Shown: one piece after another, positions 59,390 to 64,000 of the stretch | Numbering within the stretch: the stretch's first letter is position 1 | Layout of the letters: each line of letters begins with the position of its first letter | Assembly (NCBI GenBank): GCA_963667035.1 | Contig: OY762964.1 | Location: forward strand, 864,001 to 928,000 | Direction of reading: 5' to 3' | Length of the DNA: 64,000 nt | From: Candidatus Cloacimonadales bacterium | Lineage (GTDB): Bacteria > Cloacimonadota > Cloacimonadia > Cloacimonadales > JAFGVF01 | Program-made: the position numbers and the translations under genes | Notes under the pieces: model-generated | Databases searched by the model: none | What the model was told of the DNA's origin: nothing | What the model saw: the letters and a program-made list of their open reading frames with translations, nothing else

Positions 59390-61201
59390 TCATTTGATTT
59401 TCAACATACGAGAATCTGCATTAGCTTCTTGATTCGGTCCTATAAAACTGATAGTATGTGTACTCGAATCCCAGTTAAACGGTTCATTATTGTAATGATT
59501 ATACATCGAATCCTTCTTTGAATTCAGAAATGTTACAATATCCTCATTGTTAAGATTGAGTTTTTTAATATGGGCAATTGCCTTTAGCATATACAATCTT
59601 ACTTGTAAATCTCTAATCTTTACCGGATAAGAGTGATACGCAGCTAAGTAGTTCTTAGAAAAAATGACTCCTAAAGGATTATACATTGTCTCAAAGAATG
59701 AGTATTTTGGTACATCTGATATACCATACAACTTCATCATTTTGTATGTTGGTAACTCAGAATAATCTGCATTACTGTCATGATATAGATAAGTATGATT
59801 TATTATGTTGTTAGCTTTGAAGAATAATGGATTTGCTTGTGAAATTTCTTCCGGTGATATCGAATAATCCGTTATAGCTTCCGGTGAGTTTAGCATTCTA
59901 CTAATAAAAGCAACAGTGCAATTATATTCATGCATATAGGCTTCACGAATACTCAATGCTTCTCTCGAATAATCTGTCATGTTTTGTACATAGTCGTATA
60001 AGCGATAATCAATATCATTTTCATAGTTCAATAATTGATTTACTCCATTCTGGTGAATATACATCATAATACATGCAACCAGTTTGTTTATCAAGGTATC
60101 AGATTTCTCAAGTAAATTCATGCAAACAGCTTCTTCTTTTTTCATCAGATTGATAGCATTATCTATATTACCCCGCATATATTCATCAACAAAGTTAAAG
60201 ACATATAATCTTTCATAAACAATGAGGGGTAGCATAATGGGGGCAGGTGAGATAATATCGGGAATAATCTTGCTGTTAAAACTTTTATACTCGCTGAGTT
60301 TATGGTACCTTTCCTCCATGTAACTATACTTCTGATAATACTGCTTAATGAAATCACTGTTTTCTTTTGTGAAATTAAGGAATTCTTCACTATCTACGGA
60401 ACTTAAAATGTTTAACTCTTCATCTAGAGAGTCATGAACAGTTTTAATACTACTCATCATGTTAAGAATGCTTGAGCTTGTTTTCTCTTCTAATGCAGAG
60501 ATAATCTGTTCATTCATTTCAGTAGTTCTTTTAAAGCCTTCCTCAAAAGGACTCATATTCTCTTGCACTCCGAAAGCAATAAGAGCATAGAATCCGTTTT
60601 CTTGGGGATTGGTGTCAGGAGAGAAGTCTCTTAAAGCCTCTGTTGCTTCTTTTGTTAATGGCTCTTCATATTGCCAGACAAAATTAACTACTATTAGTAT
60701 TAGAATTGACAGCACAACTATTACTTTCCCTACTTTCCATCTTGATACATCTGTATTTGTCGGTTCATGAATGAATCTTCCATCGTCTTTTGAAGGTATT
60801 ACAATTGTATTGGATAGTTTGTCAGCAAAGGTTTGTTTTCTTGAATCAAACAAAGCCCAAAGAAAACCTATTAACAGTGAGAACCAAGATAAAAAGAATA
60901 CTGCATATCTAACTATTATCTTTATGAAACTAGGTCTATCATGAGATTCAATACTAACAACTTTAAGTTTGCAAATCATCATACCAAGAGTTGCACCTAA
61001 ACTCTTCCACAAAGCAATAGTATAAATTGCAGGAATTATGAATATCAGTAATATACAAGTTAATTGTAAGCTGACTCCTGTAAGATATCCTTCTCTTAGG
61101 TAATGTTGAACCGGTATTTGTAATGCTAACCAAAGAACTAAATCAATTAAGAAAGCACATACTCTTCTTATTATTAAAACTCTACTAGAAAATTCTTTCA
61201 T
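59390..61201 (-). CDS. RDD-domain membrane protein with large extracytoplasmic domain (paralogue 2)
   Basis: RRVCAFLID, GATLG and QTFADKLSNT motifs. Confidence 0.85.
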   Translation of the reverse strand: MKEFSSRVLIIRRVCAFLIDLVLWLALQIPVQHYLREGYLTGVSLQLTCILLIFIIPAIYTIALWKSLGATLGMMICKLKVVSIESHDRPSFIKIIVRYAVFFLSWFSLLIGFLWALFDSRKQTFADKLSNTIVIPSKDDGRFIHEPTNTDVSRWKVGKVIVVLSILILIVVNFVWQYEEPLTKEATEALRDFSPDTNPQENGFYALIAFGVQENMSPFEEGFKRTTEMNEQIISALEEKTSSSILNMMSSIKTVHDSLDEELNILSSVDSEEFLNFTKENSDFIKQYYQKYSYMEERYHKLSEYKSFNSKIIPDIISPAPIMLPLIVYERLYVFNFVDEYMRGNIDNAINLMKKEEAVCMNLLEKSDTLINKLVACIMMYIHQNGVNQLLNYENDIDYRLYDYVQNMTDYSREALSIREAYMHEYNCTVAFISRMLNSPEAITDYSISPEEISQANPLFFKANNIINHTYLYHDSNADYSELPTYKMMKLYGISDVPKYSFFETMYNPLGVIFSKNYLAAYHSYPVKIRDLQVRLYMLKAIAHIKKLNLNNEDIVTFLNSKKDSMYNHYNNEPFNWDSSTHTISFIGPNQEANADSRMLKIK

Positions 61202-61247
61202 TATTCCTCCTTATTATAGAATTGAAAATCTTCTTTATTATGGAGAT

Positions 61248-61275
61248 GAGCGGGAATATTTTAATATTCCCGCTC
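61248..61275. terminator. Strong hairpin between the RDD paralogues
   Basis: GAGCGGGAATATT/AATATTCCCGCTC. Confidence 0.55.
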
Positions 61276-61327
61276 TTTCGAATGGGATTACGCCCTATTC
61301 GCCCTATACAGAGGGTATGAAGAAGAT

Positions 61328-63148
61328 TTATAGTTTAACAAACCTAGAGTCTTTTGTCTCTTCCTGATATGGACCGTTAAAGCTTAGTTTTCCGGTTTCT
61401 TTATCCCAATCCAAAGGTTTGTTTGTATAATGATTGTAGAAATATCCTTGTTTCTTAGTTAGAAACTCTGTGATTTGAGCATCAGTTAGATGATTTCGCT
61501 TAATGTAGCTTGCTGTTTTTAAGAGATACATTCTATTCTGAACATCTCTTATCTTAATTGCATATTGATTGTAGTAGACCGAGTAGTTCTTGGACAATAT
61601 GATTCCAATCGGATTATATATATATTCTAATAATGAGTAGCTTTCTTTCGGTCTGTCATTAACCAATTCATACATCTTATCTGTTGAAAGTTCGGAGTAT
61701 TCAGCACTCCGAGCTAACTCTTCATAAGTATGGTTAGCTATATTATTACCCTTAACAAAAAGCGGATTTGCTTTAGCAATATCCTGACGGGAGATAGCAT
61801 AATCCTTCAAGCTTTCTGACGAATCAAGAGATCTTGTAATAAATGCAGTTGCCAGATTAAACTCATGCATGTAAGGTTTTCTCAAGCTTAGTGATTCTTT
61901 AGTAAAATCTGACATGCTGTCGATGTAATCAAGAAGTCTCGGATCAACAGGATTTTCATAAGAAATTAACTCTGAAACACTACGTTGATGAATAGCCATA
62001 AGGATTGTGCTTACTAATTTGAAGATAAGGGAATCAGATGTATTCATAAGATGCATACAGACATTTTCACCCTTTTTCATTAGCTCAATTGCATAGTCCC
62101 TGTCTCCGTTTACATATTCTAAAACAAAGTTAGCAGTATATAGTCTTTCAAAAATAACCATTGGCATTAGAATCGGAATCGGAGTAATCATGTCGGGGAT
62201 AAGTTTATTATCGAATTTGTTATAATTCAATAGGCTAAAGTACCTATCTTGTATATAGTTATATTGATTGTAATAATGCTTGATTAAATCTTCGTTCTCA
62301 AGGGTGGATTCAATCAATTTGCCATTATCAATGTCACTCAGCACTTCAAGTTCTGTTGCAAGAGTATCTATCGGTGGATCTAAAGATGAGAATTGATCTG
62401 TCAGATTAATATCTGAATCAGGTGCAATAATACTAAGTATCTTAGTGTTAACACCTTTTGTTCTTCTTAATCCTTCTTCAAAAGCGTTAACTTCTTCCGG
62501 AACTCCGAAAGCACTGAGCAAATAGAAGCCATTATCTTCAGGATTCTCATCGGGCGAGTAGTTGATTAATGCTGCTTCTGCTTCATTGGAAAGCGGTGCT
62601 TCATATTGCCAGAGGATATTGACTATGATGAGGATTAAAATGGAGATAATCATGAAGATCTTACCCGCTTTCCAACGACTGATATCTATATCTGTTAATT
62701 TTGGAATATCACTATGCATTTGTTTTAGTGGGACTACAATTGTACCACTAAGTTTATCAGCGAAATTCTGGTTTCTGGAATCGAAACATGACCAAATGAA
62801 TCCTATAAAAAAAGAAAACCAGGAAAGAAAATAGCCACAATATCTGAGTAGAGATATTAGTAACATTGGTTTCTTTCCGGTTTGAGTCTCTATCAATCTT
62901 AAGTTAAAGCAAAACATCCCTACTGTCGCTCCGAACACATACCACATTAAGATTGAATAGATTGCCGGAACCACAAATAGTACCAGCATTATAACGAAGT
63001 GCAGTTTACCTCCTACCAAGGCTCCCTTATCAATCATTAAAAACTTTACTAGATATACTAACGCGAACCACAATGCAAAATCGATTACAAATGCTCCGAA
63101 TCTTCGTAGCAGTAACATAGCATTTCCGCCTTGTTTCTTCTCTTCCAT
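61328..63148 (-). CDS. RDD-domain membrane protein with large extracytoplasmic domain (paralogue 1)
   Basis: RRFGAFVID, GATVG and QNFADKLSGT motifs; collinear with 59390-61201. Confidence 0.85.
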   Translation of the reverse strand: MEEKKQGGNAMLLLRRFGAFVIDFALWFALVYLVKFLMIDKGALVGGKLHFVIMLVLFVVPAIYSILMWYVFGATVGMFCFNLRLIETQTGKKPMLLISLLRYCGYFLSWFSFFIGFIWSCFDSRNQNFADKLSGTIVVPLKQMHSDIPKLTDIDISRWKAGKIFMIISILILIIVNILWQYEAPLSNEAEAALINYSPDENPEDNGFYLLSAFGVPEEVNAFEEGLRRTKGVNTKILSIIAPDSDINLTDQFSSLDPPIDTLATELEVLSDIDNGKLIESTLENEDLIKHYYNQYNYIQDRYFSLLNYNKFDNKLIPDMITPIPILMPMVIFERLYTANFVLEYVNGDRDYAIELMKKGENVCMHLMNTSDSLIFKLVSTILMAIHQRSVSELISYENPVDPRLLDYIDSMSDFTKESLSLRKPYMHEFNLATAFITRSLDSSESLKDYAISRQDIAKANPLFVKGNNIANHTYEELARSAEYSELSTDKMYELVNDRPKESYSLLEYIYNPIGIILSKNYSVYYNQYAIKIRDVQNRMYLLKTASYIKRNHLTDAQITEFLTKKQGYFYNHYTNKPLDWDKETGKLSFNGPYQEETKDSRFVKL

Positions 63149-63191
63149 AAAAAACTCTCCTTATCCATTTTTGTTTTCTCTTCCAAATATC

Positions 63192-63206
63192 GCAATCTCC
63201 GTTCCA
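63192..63206 (-). promoter_or_regulatory. Sigma-54 (-24/-12) promoter for the RDD genes
   Basis: Minus strand TGGAACG-GAGA-TTGC versus consensus TGGCACG-N4-TTGC. Confidence 0.75.
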
Positions 63207-63260
63207 AACTTGTAACTCCCTGAAAGATAATAATATAATGCTTTCCCCGTATTTGCCATG

Positions 63261-63297
63261 TGTTGCGTAGTGAACATTTGGTGTTCGAATATGAACA
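63261..63297. promoter_or_regulatory. Tandem TGT-N10-ACA enhancer-like sites
   Basis: TGTTGCGTAGTGAACA (63261) and TGTTCGAATATGAACA (63282), 21 bp apart. Confidence 0.65.
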
Positions 63298-63353
63298 TTT
63301 TTAACAGATTGACAAACTGCTTTGCTTATGAGAAATAGGGGGCAGGAGTACTT

Positions 63354-64000
63354 ATGATAGAAAATGCTAAATTATTAATAATAGATGATGATGAAGATAT
63401 AGTTTTTTCATTGAAAGTTTTATTGGATTCTATCTCAGAAAGAATAGAATCCACATTGGACCCGAGGGATATTCCTTCTCTTATTAGGAGGAATAGGTAT
63501 GATGCTATTTTGCTTGATATGAACTTCAACGGTGATGCTATTAGCGGGGAAGAGGGATTCTATTGGCTTAGCAGAATAAAAGATATTACTCCGGAAATCC
63601 CCGTTATTTTGATTACAGCTTACGGAGATATTGAAAGAGCTATTAGAGCTATTCACTCAGGAGCTTATGATTTCATAACCAAGCCGTGGCAAAATGAGAA
63701 GTTGATAGCTACAGTTAATGCAGCAGTAAACTTTGCCAGAACCGAACGTAAGGTCGGGATTACCAAAGTACAGAGAGATTATCTTAAGAGTGATGTTTCA
63801 ATTACCGAGATTATCGGTGACTCGGATGAGTTAACGGAGATTATTAAAACTATAAAGACTGTTGCTCCGACAGATGCGGATGTCTTAATCATCGGTGAGA
63901 ACGGTACCGGAAAAGAATTGGTTGCTAGAGCATTACATAAATGTTCTCTCAGATCTGATGAAGTGTTCTTGTCTGTTGATATGGGAGCGTTAAACAGTAA
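63354..64000 (+). CDS. NtrC-family sigma-54 response regulator, 3'-truncated (not in ORF track)
   Basis: MIENAKLLIIDDDED, LLDMNF, LITAYG, DFITKPW and GENGTGKE; AGGAG RBS. Confidence 0.93.
   Translation, partial: MIENAKLLIIDDDEDIVFSLKVLLDSISERIESTLDPRDIPSLIRRNRYDAILLDMNFNGDAISGEEGFYWLSRIKDITPEIPVILITAYGDIERAIRAIHSGAYDFITKPWQNEKLIATVNAAVNFARTERKVGITKVQRDYLKSDVSITEIIGDSDELTEIIKTIKTVAPTDADVLIIGENGTGKELVARALHKCSLRSDEVFLSVDMGALNS

Noticed and set aside
63326..63656. Minus-strand ORFs of 67 and 73 aa
   Set aside because: They are antisense to the NtrC-family gene that starts at 63354.

Overview
AT-rich bacterial chromosome segment. The gene set, including a C-terminal Por/FlgD-type sorting domain on the M14 peptidase, suggests the FCB group, probably Cloacimonadota (inference). 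Housekeeping blocks are gpmA-metK, purH, gcvT, lysC-metG, xth/nth, an FMN-riboswitch rib operon, EF-G2 and yebC-ruvC-ruvA-rsmB. They are interrupted by accessory regions: (i) 11.3-16.9 kb, a palindrome-rich zone around a TPR-array/MBL-hydrolase gene; (ii) 27.5-42.2 kb, with a TetR/TolC/ABC efflux operon, a DUF2188+KAP NTPase pair and a two-gene cassette bounded by 20-bp inverted tyrosine-recombinase-type sites next to a decayed recombinase; (iii) an IS1182 with a 33-bp duplicated palindromic target. The strongest candidates for novel biology are the invertible cassette (38953-41177), a SAM-II/V-type riboswitch with a terminator/antiterminator platform upstream of metK, the variable TPR-MBL gene, 11-bp-phased motif arrays, and an unannotated 59-aa zinc-ribbon protein resembling spirochaete ribosomal bL38. 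No CRISPR array, tRNA or rRNA was found. All family calls come from motif recognition, not from database searches.
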